64,000 nucleotides of DNA. It comes from Thermoanaerobaculia bacterium. GTDB taxonomy: Bacteria; Acidobacteriota; Thermoanaerobaculia; Multivoradales; Multivoraceae. This document shows, in pieces, positions 21,007 to 30,989 of this stretch. The DNA is taken from positions 4,320,001-4,384,000 of the forward strand of contig OY761158.1 in the NCBI GenBank assembly GCA_963664405.1, read 5' to 3'. The position numbers and the translations under genes were made by a program. The notes under the pieces are model-generated. The model worked only from the letters and a program-made list of their open reading frames with translations. It made no database searches and was not told the DNA's origin. How positions within the stretch are numbered: position 1 is the stretch's first letter; the number at the start of each line of letters is the position of its first letter.

Positions 21007-22392
21007 GTGGATTCGGTCAAGGACGAGGTGCCGCAGAGCGATCCGTATACGGTTCGTGAGGGCGCGGCGATCAGCCCGCCTTCGACTTGGAAAGGTCGAC
21101 TGCGCTACCTCGGTCCGAGTGTCGTCATCTCGGGCTCGATCGTCGGCTCGGGCGAGATCATCCTCACCTCGGGTCTTGGCGCGGCGGCGGGCTTCGTCCT
21201 GCTGTGGTGGGTGTTGCTCTCGTGCTGGATCAAGTCGCTGATTCAGGCCGAGCTCGGGCGCTACATTCTGGTCTCGGGCGACACCTATCTGCGGGCGATG
21301 AACCGGCTGCCGGGGAAGCTTCCCGGCGTCAAGGGTCGCCGGGTCAGCTGGGTGATCTATCTGGCGATCATCGCCTGGTTCCCCGGCATCATGGGACTGG
21401 GTGGCATTATCGGCGGCGCCGGGCAGGCGCTCACCCTGCTGGTGCCGGCAGTCCCTTCGACCTGGGCGGCGGGGGTCATTGGCCTCGCCACAATCGCCCT
21501 CCTGATAACCGGCTCTTACCGCTTGCTCGAGCGCGCGATGCTGGTTTTGGTGCTGAGCTTCACTGCGACGACTCTGGTCTGCGCTGTATTGATGCAGTTC
21601 ACCGAGTACAGGGTCGTGGGCAGCGACATCGTGACCGGCTTCTCCTTCGATTTTCCGCTGGTCTATCTCGCCCTGGCACTGTCGGTGTACGGCTACACCG
21701 GAGTGAACTCGAGTGAGACCTCCACTTACACCTATTGGTGCATCGAGAAGGGCTATCCCAGCTACATCGGCTCGCCGGATTCGCCGGGCTGGGTCGAGCG
21801 GGCGCGGGGCTGGATCAAGGTCCTGCAGACGGACGTGTGGGCGACGCTACTCATTCTCACCTGCGCGACCCTGCCCTTTTACATTCTCGGCGCTGGTGTC
21901 TTGAAACCGCGGGGCGAGCAGCCCAATGGCCTCGAGACCATCTCCATTCTCTCGGACATGTTCACCCAGACCCTCGGCCCGTGGGCGGTCTGGCTGTTCG
22001 GATTCGGTGCCTTCAGCATTCTCTTCTCGACCATGTTGTCTGCCGTCAGCGGCGGAGCCCGTTACATCCCTGACTACCTCATCGAGCTCGGCTTCCTGGA
22101 GCGTGGCAACCTGGCGGCCCGCAGCGCCATCATTCGCGGCTACTGCGTCGTCATTCCGATCCTGGCCTTCGTGCTCTATGTTGCCGTCCAGAACCCCGTG
22201 CTCCTGGTCACCATCGGCGCACTCACCTTGGCGGCGATGCTCCCAATACAGAGTGGCGCTGTGCTCTGGCTGCAAGCCCATTGCATGGATCAGCGCGTGC
22301 GTCCGGCACCCTGGGTGCGCGCCGCGATTTGGTTGATTTTCTCGATCGAGCTGGTGCTGACCGGTTTTGTGATCCGCTACGTCGTCTTCTGA
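21007..22392 (+). CDS. Nramp-family (MntH-like) transporter
   Basis: YLGPSVVISGSIVGSGEII, YTYWCIEKGY, multiple TM segments; start could be GTG 21007 or 21028. Confidence 0.85.
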   Translation: MDSVKDEVPQSDPYTVREGAAISPPSTWKGRLRYLGPSVVISGSIVGSGEIILTSGLGAAAGFVLLWWVLLSCWIKSLIQAELGRYILVSGDTYLRAMNRLPGKLPGVKGRRVSWVIYLAIIAWFPGIMGLGGIIGGAGQALTLLVPAVPSTWAAGVIGLATIALLITGSYRLLERAMLVLVLSFTATTLVCAVLMQFTEYRVVGSDIVTGFSFDFPLVYLALALSVYGYTGVNSSETSTYTYWCIEKGYPSYIGSPDSPGWVERARGWIKVLQTDVWATLLILTCATLPFYILGAGVLKPRGEQPNGLETISILSDMFTQTLGPWAVWLFGFGAFSILFSTMLSAVSGGARYIPDYLIELGFLERGNLAARSAIIRGYCVVIPILAFVLYVAVQNPVLLVTIGALTLAAMLPIQSGAVLWLQAHCMDQRVRPAPWVRAAIWLIFSIELVLTGFVIRYVVF

Positions 22393-22437
22393 CCGTTTAG
22401 AATAGACTGCCGAAGCTGGCCGAGAGGAGATTTCCCG

Positions 22438-23313
22438 TTGGCCGAAGTCGCTACCGCAGCCGCCGTTCACACCCCTCCGCGCTCGCGCACCGACACCCGT
22501 CAGCCGTTTGACCTGTCGGACGAGATGCAGGTCGAGATCGCGCGTCTTGGCATGGAGCAGAACATCGAGGACATGAAGCTCCGGGGTTACACCGTCCTTC
22601 GCGATGTAGCCTCGCTCGACTTCAACGATCGGCTCCGCGAGACCTGCCTCCGCTTGGCCAAGGAGACTCCCGGTCCGGCAAAGGGCTACTCGGCGGCACT
22701 CCTGCTCGGGCGCGACCCGATCTACGAAGACGTGGTCCTGAACCCGAAGATCCTCGCTCTCACTGAAGTCATGTGCGGCAAGGGAGCGCTGCTCTCACAG
22801 TTGATGTGCAGTGTCCGTCCGAAGGGGGCGAAGCCGCTGGCGCTCCACGCCGACCAGAATTGGCTCCCCGCGCCTTTTCCCGTGCACAACCAACTGCTGA
22901 CCTTGTGTTGGGCGTGTGACGACTACACCCAGGCGGGCGGCTGCACCAAGGTCATCCCCCGCTCCCACCTCGAGCGCCGCCACCCCAACGACGAAGAGTG
23001 CGAAACCCACCCCGGCGCGATCCCTGTCGAATGTCCGCGGGGGTCGGTGGTCGCATGGGACGGCTCGGTCTGGCACTGCAACTATCCTCGTGAAGACGAG
23101 GGCGAGCGGGTCGTTCTTCACACTACCTTTTCGCGTCTGGCTCTGCGCACGGTCGAAAGCTATGAACATCTCGACGACGCGTGGCTCGAGGGAAAGCCTT
23201 ATGAGTTGCGCGTAATGCTCGGTCGAGAAGACTTTTTGGGCTCGACAACGATCGAGCGGGGGCACGCCGACAACACCAACCTGCCGCGTACCTTCGACTG
23301 GGCGAAGACCTGA
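22438..23313 (+). CDS. Phytanoyl-CoA dioxygenase (PhyH) family Fe(II)/2OG enzyme
   Basis: LHADQ (HxD), GCTKVIPRSH, WDGSVWH; SD GAGGAG. Confidence 0.9.
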   Translation: MAEVATAAAVHTPPRSRTDTRQPFDLSDEMQVEIARLGMEQNIEDMKLRGYTVLRDVASLDFNDRLRETCLRLAKETPGPAKGYSAALLLGRDPIYEDVVLNPKILALTEVMCGKGALLSQLMCSVRPKGAKPLALHADQNWLPAPFPVHNQLLTLCWACDDYTQAGGCTKVIPRSHLERRHPNDEECETHPGAIPVECPRGSVVAWDGSVWHCNYPREDEGERVVLHTTFSRLALRTVESYEHLDDAWLEGKPYELRVMLGREDFLGSTTIERGHADNTNLPRTFDWAKT

Positions 23314-23331
23314 CCGGCGCCTCTTTCTCTG

Positions 23332-23960
23332 TTAGCGCAGCGAGCAATCGGGGGGTCGCGCGAGCACGGTGAGCTCGATGTCGACGGCCTCGGGCAGGGG
23401 CCGGGTAATCTCGACCCGGATGCTCGGCAGCTCTGCCTTGTCGAGCTCTATCGGCAGTCTGACGATCGCCATCCGGCGCCCCGGCGGGATGAGAAATGCG
23501 CGAGAGTAGCTGACGCTGAAACGGTTGCGGTCTGCGCCGCGTCACCACAGTCGACCCGCCACCGCTGCCGCCGGTGCCTCCTCGAGACGGACGACGGTGG
23601 CGCCGATGGGTCGGGGTATTTCTGCGCCGGAAGGCGTGAGGTCGAAGCGGGGCCGAAGACTCCCAGCGGAGGCGACGAGCGGCGAGAAGGGCACCCCGAA
23701 AAGCTCTTGACGCGCTGCCTGGCGCAGAGCGATCTGGCAGTCGGTCCAATTGATCCATCGACCCGCTGCCGGGACGCTGAGCTCGAAGGCTCTCGACCCG
23801 AGCCAATGCGGGCGCTCCAATACCGCCGCGGTACCGAGCCGCCACACAATGTCCTGGCGTAGACCGGCGAGGCGAGCTGCGTGGCCGAGCCCGTTTCGCC
23901 ATACGTAGGCGCCGTGCCAGGTGTCGTGGCCGGCGACGAAAATGGTGGAATGCGCCTCGA
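23332..23960 (-). pseudogene. Remnant of an unknown protein with an in-frame TGA at 23544-23542
   Basis: One frame reads DTWHGAYVWRNGLG...GRLW*RGADRNRFS...VLARPPDCSLR*, with no start codon or SD. Confidence 0.45.
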
Positions 23961-24207
23961 GCTTGTCTTGTTTTGCAGGAGGCCTCGGACTGCGGATCGA
24001 AGTCCCCTTCTCGACACCGCGAGAGCGATGAGCGCGGAGCTACCCGCCGCGGAAGTGGCGCGAATCAAAAGAGGCAAGCCCTGCGCCTCTTTGAGCGGCG
24101 GTGCCCGTCCTATAGAATGGCGGTCCGCTTCGGTGGCCCTGCAATACGGCAGTGGTCAGACCGAAGGCGGCTCATAGAGCGACGAAGACAGGCATCGGAG
24201 GATTGCA

Positions 24208-24546
24208 ATGAGCGACAATGTCAAAGCGATGGATCGGGCCAAAGAGGCCGTCAGCGGGGGCGTCGAAAAGACCAAGGCGTCTCTCGGTACCGCAAAAGAG
24301 AAGATCCAGGAAGTTTCACAGACGGTGAGAGAGCAGGCGGGCAAGGCCGGCGAGGTCGCCAAGGACAAGTATGGAGTGGCGGCGCAAGGGCTCCGCGAGG
24401 GTTATGGCAAGGCCCGCACGGACCTCGACAAGCTGAGCGAAGACGTGACTGCCTACGTTCGCGACAACCCCGGCAGATCGGTGCTGGTGGCTGGAGCCTT
24501 GGGCTTTTTCCTCGGCTTTCTGATTCGCGGCGATCGGCGTCGTTAG
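24208..24546 (+). CDS. DUF883/ElaB-YqjD-like tail-anchored protein
   Basis: Ala/Lys-rich repeats, then YVRDNPGRSVLVAGALGFFLGFLI; SD GGAGG. Confidence 0.8.
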   Translation: MSDNVKAMDRAKEAVSGGVEKTKASLGTAKEKIQEVSQTVREQAGKAGEVAKDKYGVAAQGLREGYGKARTDLDKLSEDVTAYVRDNPGRSVLVAGALGFFLGFLIRGDRRR

Positions 24547-24558
24547 GCGACCCAGAGA

Positions 24559-24804
24559 ATGGCCGAGCCGACCCTTCCGACGCGCTCTTTCTCCCGTTTC
24601 TTTTTGGACGGGTTGTTGCCGGAGGAATTGGAATGGGAGCGCTTGGTGAGGACCTACCCGTTGGCTTCGCTTGCTATCGCGGCGGTCGGAGGCTACTTCT
24701 TGGGACGCCGCAGCGGCGCCGTGATCATCGAGGCGGTCTCGCAGACTGCCTCCGAGCGAGTTCGCGGGCTGGTGAGCGAAGTGCTAGGGGAGAGCGAGGG
24801 CTGA
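24559..24804 (+). CDS. Small hypothetical membrane protein (DUF883-like C-terminal motif)
   Basis: VRTYPLASLAIAAVGGYFLGRR; operon spacing. Confidence 0.65.
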   Translation: MAEPTLPTRSFSRFFLDGLLPEELEWERLVRTYPLASLAIAAVGGYFLGRRSGAVIIEAVSQTASERVRGLVSEVLGESEG

Positions 24805-24822
24805 TCTCGCCGCCTCGCACGT

Positions 24823-25632
24823 TTGCGCAAGCTGCTCCACATATCGGACGTTCACTTCGGGCCTAAACACCTTCGCGACCGGTCCGAAGGCGTCGTTGCG
24901 CTCGTCGAACGGCGACGGCCGGACTTTGTCGTGCTTTCCGGAGATCTCACCCAGCGCGCCAAGCCCAAGCAGTTTCGTGAGGCACTCGCGTTCGTTGAGC
25001 GCCTTGGATGCCCGACCTTGGCAGTCCCCGGCAACCATGACGTGCCCCTCTATCGGGTCTGGGAGCGAGCGCTGGTCCCCTTCGCCGCCTTCCGTCGAAA
25101 CTTCTCCGAGGAGTTGGAGCCCACCTTGGGAGATGAGGAAGTACGGCTCGTTGGCGTGAACACCGCTTTCAATTGGACCGCTACCGGAGGCCGCATCGGT
25201 GCTCGCAAACGCCGAAGTTTTCAACGCCGCTTTGCCTCGGCCCCGGCATCGTGTTACAAGATCGCAGTGCTCCACCACGGTCTCCTCTACCCGCGACATC
25301 TAGAAGATGTGCCACGTCGTCTGCGGGGCGCCTCTCGTACGCTGTCCGCGTTGAGTGATGCGGGAGTCGACATGGTGCTCAGCGGGCACATCCACCAGAC
25401 TTTTGTCGCGCCTCTCAAACCATCGGGCTCGACCGACGACGCAGTCATCCTTCACACCGGAACGTCGACCTCGAGTCGAGGGCGTGGACCGGAGACCGGT
25501 CAGAACACCTGCCACTGGATCGAGATCGAAGGTCATGAAGCTCGGGTCACTTTCTGTCGCTGGGATTCGGACTCGGGCGGCTTCGTCGACATCGGTCAGG
25601 ATTGCTTCTTGCGAGCAGGGGAGCCGCTATGA
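24823..25632 (+). CDS. Metallophosphoesterase (calcineurin-like)
   Basis: HISDVHFG, SGDLT, PGNHD, LHH, SGHIH. Confidence 0.92.
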   Translation: MRKLLHISDVHFGPKHLRDRSEGVVALVERRRPDFVVLSGDLTQRAKPKQFREALAFVERLGCPTLAVPGNHDVPLYRVWERALVPFAAFRRNFSEELEPTLGDEEVRLVGVNTAFNWTATGGRIGARKRRSFQRRFASAPASCYKIAVLHHGLLYPRHLEDVPRRLRGASRTLSALSDAGVDMVLSGHIHQTFVAPLKPSGSTDDAVILHTGTSTSSRGRGPETGQNTCHWIEIEGHEARVTFCRWDSDSGGFVDIGQDCFLRAGEPL

Positions 25633-26900
25633 CGGGCGTAACGGCCGAGACGACGGATGTGAATCTGGGCGATGTGCGTGTGAGTCGCCTCGACAACGGT
25701 CTCACGGTCGCGATTACGGATAGCAACCATGCTCCGATCGCCTCTACGGTGCTCTGGTACCGCGTCGGTGCAGCGGACGAGCCGCGGGCATCTGGGGGCA
25801 TCGCGCACTTTCTCGAGCACATGATGTTCAAGGGCTCGTCTTCGTTCGGGCCGGGGGAAGTCGATCAGATCACCCAGGCGATGGGAGGTGCCAATAACGC
25901 CTTCACCGGCCACGACTCCACGGCCTACTACTTCCAGTTTGCGGCCGACTGTTGGTGGCAGGCGCTCGAGATCGAGGCCGATCGGATGCGGGGGCTGACC
26001 CTGGACCCGTTGGAGCTCGTCCATGAGCGCCAGGTGATCCTCGAGGAGATCGCGATGTATCGGAGTGATCCCTGGGACGCTTTGGAGCGCCAGGTGCAGG
26101 GTCTTCTCTACGGAGATCATTCCTATGGGCGTCCGGTCCTCGGCACTCCGGCAGAGCTGTTGGCGATGAGCGATCAAGACCTCCGGGACTTTCATCGCCG
26201 CCACTACGGTCCGGGAAACGCGGTACTCGTTGTCGCCGGTGATGTGGGGGACGGCGCCCTCGAGAGAGTCGAGGAGGCGTTTCAAGGACTCGGCTCTACT
26301 CCGAGCCCCGGCCGTGCAGGAGGTCCGCCTCCTCCGGCCGGAAGCTTGCGGAGGATCGGGCGGAGGCAAGGAGACGTCGCGCGAATGGTCTGGTCGGTAC
26401 CCGCCCCAGCTTGGGACGATGCACTTCATCCGCCGCTTCGGCTCTTGGTTCAGCTGCTCTTTGAAGGTCGCTCGAGCTTGTTGCAGCGGGCGTTGGTGGA
26501 GGAAGGTCAGCTGTGCAGCTGGGTCTCAGGAGAGCTGTCGTCGAACCTGCAGCCAGGGGCGCTGAGTGTGGCGGTCGAGGTTCTTCCTGGGGTCGAGCCC
26601 CAGCGAGTGGAAGAAGAAGTCTTCCGACTCCTCGCCGAGGCCGTCGAGGAGCTTCCCGAGGCCGGCGAGTTGGAGCGCGCCAGGCGCACCTACGAGGCCG
26701 ATTGGGTCTTCGGTCATGAGCGGGTTCACCAGCGCGCGCTCACCATCGCTTCCGCTCTGGCGCTCTTCGATCTCGACTTTCCGAGCTCCTATGTGGATCG
26801 GGTGCTCGCTTCCTCCTCCGAGGAGATCCTAGACGCGGGTCGGCAGACTCTTCTTCTCGATCGCGGAGTCCTCGGCTGGTCTCTGCCGGAGAGCGGTTGA
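25629..26900 (+). CDS. M16 (pitrilysin) peptidase, catalytic subunit
   Basis: GIAHFLEHMMFKG (HxxEH), NAFT, ERQVILEE. Confidence 0.92.
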   Translation: MTGVTAETTDVNLGDVRVSRLDNGLTVAITDSNHAPIASTVLWYRVGAADEPRASGGIAHFLEHMMFKGSSSFGPGEVDQITQAMGGANNAFTGHDSTAYYFQFAADCWWQALEIEADRMRGLTLDPLELVHERQVILEEIAMYRSDPWDALERQVQGLLYGDHSYGRPVLGTPAELLAMSDQDLRDFHRRHYGPGNAVLVVAGDVGDGALERVEEAFQGLGSTPSPGRAGGPPPPAGSLRRIGRRQGDVARMVWSVPAPAWDDALHPPLRLLVQLLFEGRSSLLQRALVEEGQLCSWVSGELSSNLQPGALSVAVEVLPGVEPQRVEEEVFRLLAEAVEELPEAGELERARRTYEADWVFGHERVHQRALTIASALALFDLDFPSSYVDRVLASSSEEILDAGRQTLLLDRGVLGWSLPESG

Positions 26901-28189
26901 TGACTTTCGAGAACGGGGATTGCGCCGCGCGGACCCCAAAGGCGCTTCGAGACCTGCGCATTCGTCGAGTCGAAGGCTCTGCGGTGGTTTCGATGCGTTT
27001 GTGGCTTCCGGGTGGAAGCCGCTTGGAGAGCAGACCCGGACTTGCCTGGGTAACCGGCCGGATGCTCACCGAGGGCACCGAGAGACGAGACTGGAAAGAG
27101 ATTGCGCGGGCCAGCGACGGCCTGGGGATGGTGCTTGGGTCCTTCGGCGGCTTGGAGGCCCACGGCATCAGTCTCGACTGCCTCAGCAGAGATTGGCATC
27201 AAGGACTCCGTTGGCTCGCCGAGCTGGCGCTCGAGTCGAGTTTTCCCGGCGATCGTTGTGCTTGGACCATTCGGCAGGGAATCGCCGACCTGAAGAGCCT
27301 GATGGATCAACCCGAGGCGAAGGCCTCTTGGGCCTTCGCCGAACAGCTCTATGGCGAGCATGCTGCGGGGCGGCCTCCCACGGGGACGGTGGCGGGTCTC
27401 GAGGCGATCAACGCCGATCTCTGTGCTGAGCTCCACGATCGGTCCTTAGCTCGCGGGGCGGTGTTGACGGTCGCCGGCCTCCTCGATGAGGACGAGGTCC
27501 AGGCGGAGATCGAGCGGCTTTTTGGTGAGCCCGGAGCGGAGATGCAAACGTGCGAAGCTCCGCCGCCACCGGCGAGTGAGACACAGGGGCGCCGGGAGAT
27601 CATCACCAGCGCTCGTGACCAGGCACATCTCTTTGTCGGCCATCTCACGGTCCCAAGGTCCGACCCGGACATGGCTGCGCTCCAGCTTCTTTCGATCATC
27701 CTTGGCGCCGGTGCCGGCCTGACCGGAAGAATTCCGGACCGGGTGCGAGAGAAGGAGGGGTTGGCATACTCTGCGGCTGCGTCGGCGGTGTCTGGAGCCG
27801 GCCTCGACCCTGGAAGACTGGTGGTTCATGTCGGCACTTCGCCGGATACCTTGTCGCGTGCGGAGCAATGTGTGCGGGAGGAGATCGTGCGGCTCCTCGA
27901 GCAGGGTGTGGAGCCAGAGGAGCTGGAGTCCGCTCGGAGCTATCTCTTGAGGCGAGAGCCGTTTCATCGGGAGACCCCGCAGCAGTGGGCTGAGCTTCTG
28001 GCTGCGAGCGTGCTCTACCAGCTTCCGCTTGACGATCCGGAGTGGGTGAACGAGCGCTACCAGGCGCCGACGAGGGAGGACGTCGAGACGGCCGCGAGAC
28101 GCCACCTCGATGCCGATCGACTCAAGGTGACGGCAGGACTCCCGTCGTCGACGCGTACGCAGGGGATAGGGGCGCCAGCCAGTAGCTGA
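26897..28189 (+). CDS. M16 peptidase, non-catalytic partner subunit
   Basis: M16 fold features (VREKEGLAYS) without HxxEH; overlaps the preceding gene. Confidence 0.85.
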   Translation: MMTFENGDCAARTPKALRDLRIRRVEGSAVVSMRLWLPGGSRLESRPGLAWVTGRMLTEGTERRDWKEIARASDGLGMVLGSFGGLEAHGISLDCLSRDWHQGLRWLAELALESSFPGDRCAWTIRQGIADLKSLMDQPEAKASWAFAEQLYGEHAAGRPPTGTVAGLEAINADLCAELHDRSLARGAVLTVAGLLDEDEVQAEIERLFGEPGAEMQTCEAPPPPASETQGRREIITSARDQAHLFVGHLTVPRSDPDMAALQLLSIILGAGAGLTGRIPDRVREKEGLAYSAAASAVSGAGLDPGRLVVHVGTSPDTLSRAEQCVREEIVRLLEQGVEPEELESARSYLLRREPFHRETPQQWAELLAASVLYQLPLDDPEWVNERYQAPTREDVETAARRHLDADRLKVTAGLPSSTRTQGIGAPASS

Positions 28190-30648
28190 TGTCTTCACCG
28201 CGATCATCGAAGGGGGTGAGAGCTCCTCGGCCTGGTGTCTGGGTGCTCTCGCGCGATGGCTCGCGCCGACCGTTTCTGCGCGGAATGGTGACTCACGAGC
28301 TCGTGCTGCGGGGGCTCCCCTTCGAGCAGGCCTACGCGTTCGCGAGGGCACTACGCGATCGACTCTCCGATCGAGTGGAGGTTCCCAGCTTCGAGCTCGA
28401 GGAGCTGATCGAAGCGCAGTTGCGTGAAAGCTTCGAGTCTGAGCGGCTTCAGTCACTGGCGGGCGCCGCGCAGTCGCGGAGTCTGCCTTCGGTGGTTCAC
28501 CCGGGCAGTGACCCTCAGCCCTTCTCGCGTGGTTTGCTGGCTCGCAGCCTGGTGGCGGCCGGCCTCGACATCGATCCGGCGTACAACATTGCGACCGACG
28601 TCCAGACCAAGTTCCATATGGAGGGTGTTGAGTCGATCGATAACGCCGCACTGGCACGGGAAGTGGGAGAGCTGTTGGTACAGCGCGACAGCGCGCCCGC
28701 GGCGGCTCAGTATCGAATGATGAGACGCATCGGCCGGCTGCCCCGGCCGCTGGTGGTCTATCTGGCGGGCGCCACTGGAACTGGCAAGTCGACCCTGGCA
28801 CTAGAGCTCGCGCCATTGCTGCGCATTTACCAGATCAATGCGACCGACACCATCCGTCAGGTGATGAGAATGGTGTTCTCGCCGGCGATTCTTCCCGGGC
28901 TCCACCGCTCGAGCTTTCTTGCCGCTGAGCGCGCGGATCTCAGCGAGGATGCCCTCGGTGGAGAACAGCAGGTCTCCGGCTTGGTATTGCGCGGCTTCGA
29001 AGACCAGGCAACCCGTGTTTGCGTTGGCGTTCGAGCCGTGGTGGAGCGGGCGCTGGCCGAGAATATGAGCATCATTATCGAGGGTGTTCATTTGCTTCCC
29101 CCGCTGGTTCCCTTCGCCGATCTCGAGGGTGCTGCCTATCAGGTGATGCTCATGCTCTCGACTCTCGATGGTGAGACCCATCGTTCTCACCTGTTGCACC
29201 GCGATGGTCAAGGCTCTCGTTTGGCTCATCATTATCTCGACAACCTGTCGGCGATACGAGAAGTTCAGGAGTTCCTGCTGTTACAGGCCGAGCAGCACGA
29301 CATTCCGAGTCTGGATACCGGCGACAGAGCCCCCTTGGTCTCTCGTGCGCTGCGACTTGTGGCCGGCACCCTCGAGGAGCAGGCCCCGTGGATCGGAGAG
29401 CTCGAGGGCACCCCTCGACGGACGCCGACCCTGTGTCTGTTTATCGATGGGCTGGCGGACCGGCCGGTTCGGGCTCTCGGCAATCGCACGCCTTTGGAGG
29501 CGGCGGAGACTCCGACGCTGGATCGGTTGGCCCGAGAGGGGGCCTGTGGATTGGCCGATCCGATCGGTCCCAACATCGTTCCCGATACCGCTGGAGGAGC
29601 GCTCGCTCTCTTCGGTCAACCCGAGATGAGCTTGCAGCGGGGGCCGGTCGAGGCGCTGGGTGTTGGCCTCTCTCTTGCGCCGGGAGATGTGGCGCTGCGA
29701 GGTAACTTCGCCACTCTGGACGACGAGGGGCGGGTCGTTGACCGGCGGGCCGGCCGCATCCGCGAGGGTGCCGAAGAGCTTGCACAAGAGCTTGACCACA
29801 TGGAGCTGGTTGACAGCGACGGACGCCCGGTCTTGGTGCGTGTAAGGGCAGCCACCGAGCATCGAATCGCGATCGTGCTGAAAGGGGAGGGTTTGTCCTC
29901 TGCTCTCATTGGCAGCGATCCCGGCGAGGTGGCTCGTCTCGATGTGCCGCTTCCTCCGGCAGCGAGGGAAGTCGGTGACGCGGAAGCGACTCGGACCGCG
30001 GACCTACTTTCCCGTTTCGAGCGTAGAGCTCGCGGAGTCCTTGGTGCTCACGCGGTGAATCGGCAGCGGAGTAAGGAGGGTCTTCCTGTCGCCAACGCGA
30101 TTCTCACCCGGGGTGCTGGGCGCGTGCATGGCCTCAGTGCGGTGGAACCGGGCGGAAAGGCGATCTCTATGTCCTGTATCGGCGGCGACTCGACCGTGCT
30201 TGGCGTCGCCAGCTCGGTGGGAGCGAGGACCCTGAGTGGCGAGGGGATGACTGCGAATCTAGATTCGGATGTGCGGGCCAAGTTCCATCTGGCCCTGACC
30301 GAGATCGAGGAGCAGAATCTGGTAGTGATTCATGTCAAGGGCGCCGACATCGCCGGCCATGATCGTCGACCCGAGCTCAAGAAGGAGTTCCTGGAGAGGC
30401 TCGATCGAGAGCTTGCTTGGTTTCTCGAAAAGCGTTCAGAGGGATTGCGTATTGCCGTAGCTGCGGACCACGCCACGCTCTCGGAGGTAGGCCGACATGG
30501 AGCCGATCCGGTACCGGTCCTGATCTGGGGAGAGGGGGTCGAGGCGGATGCGGTCAGCGCTTTTTCCGAAGCTGATGTCGTGACCGGTCGGTTGGGAAGG
30601 TTTCCTCTGCGCAATTTCCTCGACAGGTTCATGAGCCCTAGTCCGTGA
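28189..30648 (+). CDS. Fusion: 2-phosphoglycerate-kinase-like domain (two ATP-cones + P-loop) and archaeal-type cofactor-independent phosphoglycerate mutase (ApgM-like)
   Basis: PFLRGMV and PFSRGLLARSL cones; GATGTGKS...ATDTIRQVMR; then IDGLADRP...TPLEAAETPTLD, DRRAGRI, HVKGADIAGHD, ADHAT, HGADPVP. Confidence 0.85.
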   Translation: MSSPRSSKGVRAPRPGVWVLSRDGSRRPFLRGMVTHELVLRGLPFEQAYAFARALRDRLSDRVEVPSFELEELIEAQLRESFESERLQSLAGAAQSRSLPSVVHPGSDPQPFSRGLLARSLVAAGLDIDPAYNIATDVQTKFHMEGVESIDNAALAREVGELLVQRDSAPAAAQYRMMRRIGRLPRPLVVYLAGATGTGKSTLALELAPLLRIYQINATDTIRQVMRMVFSPAILPGLHRSSFLAAERADLSEDALGGEQQVSGLVLRGFEDQATRVCVGVRAVVERALAENMSIIIEGVHLLPPLVPFADLEGAAYQVMLMLSTLDGETHRSHLLHRDGQGSRLAHHYLDNLSAIREVQEFLLLQAEQHDIPSLDTGDRAPLVSRALRLVAGTLEEQAPWIGELEGTPRRTPTLCLFIDGLADRPVRALGNRTPLEAAETPTLDRLAREGACGLADPIGPNIVPDTAGGALALFGQPEMSLQRGPVEALGVGLSLAPGDVALRGNFATLDDEGRVVDRRAGRIREGAEELAQELDHMELVDSDGRPVLVRVRAATEHRIAIVLKGEGLSSALIGSDPGEVARLDVPLPPAAREVGDAEATRTADLLSRFERRARGVLGAHAVNRQRSKEGLPVANAILTRGAGRVHGLSAVEPGGKAISMSCIGGDSTVLGVASSVGARTLSGEGMTANLDSDVRAKFHLALTEIEEQNLVVIHVKGADIAGHDRRPELKKEFLERLDRELAWFLEKRSEGLRIAVAADHATLSEVGRHGADPVPVLIWGEGVEADAVSAFSEADVVTGRLGRFPLRNFLDRFMSPSP

Positions 30649-30658
30649 GGGTGTGAAG

Positions 30659-30795
30659 TCTTCCACAGCTTCTGCGGAAATGTTTGTGGAAAACGGCCTC
30701 GAATGAGGCCTTGGAAATGCGCTTTCAAGGCGACCGTACCGCTTTGAACAGATCCTTGTGCAAGGGCGTAAGTAATTAAAAGCAAGTAAGTTACT
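30659..30795. promoter_or_regulatory. DnaA-box-like cluster plus AT-rich, IHF-like tract
   Basis: TCTTCCACA (30659), CTGCGGAAA (30672), TGTGGAAAA (30685); GTAAGTAATTAAAAGCAAGTAAGTTAC near 30768-30794. Confidence 0.4.
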
Positions 30796-30989
30796 TCGTT
30801 CTCAGCGTAACGCCTCCGAGCCTGAGCTCGGGCCGGGGCAAGACTGATTTCCGCAGCGCTGGCGAGCCGGCCCCTCTCATCTCTCTAAGTCGTGCGTTCG
30901 GGGGAACTTACGAACCCCGCCTGAGGTCTTGGTCAACGCGGGTGGAGGGAAGCGTGTGATACCTTTTTTGACTTCCGGAGCCTCTGAAG

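Noticed and set aside
23542-23544. In-frame TGA as selenocysteine or recoding
   Set aside because: The context (LW*RG) fits a TGG>TGA nonsense change in a start-less remnant; there is no redox motif or evident SECIS.
30800-30989. Glycine riboswitch upstream of gcvT
   Set aside because: The expected GGAGA...CCGAAG and CTCTCAGG aptamer motifs are not recognisable in order.
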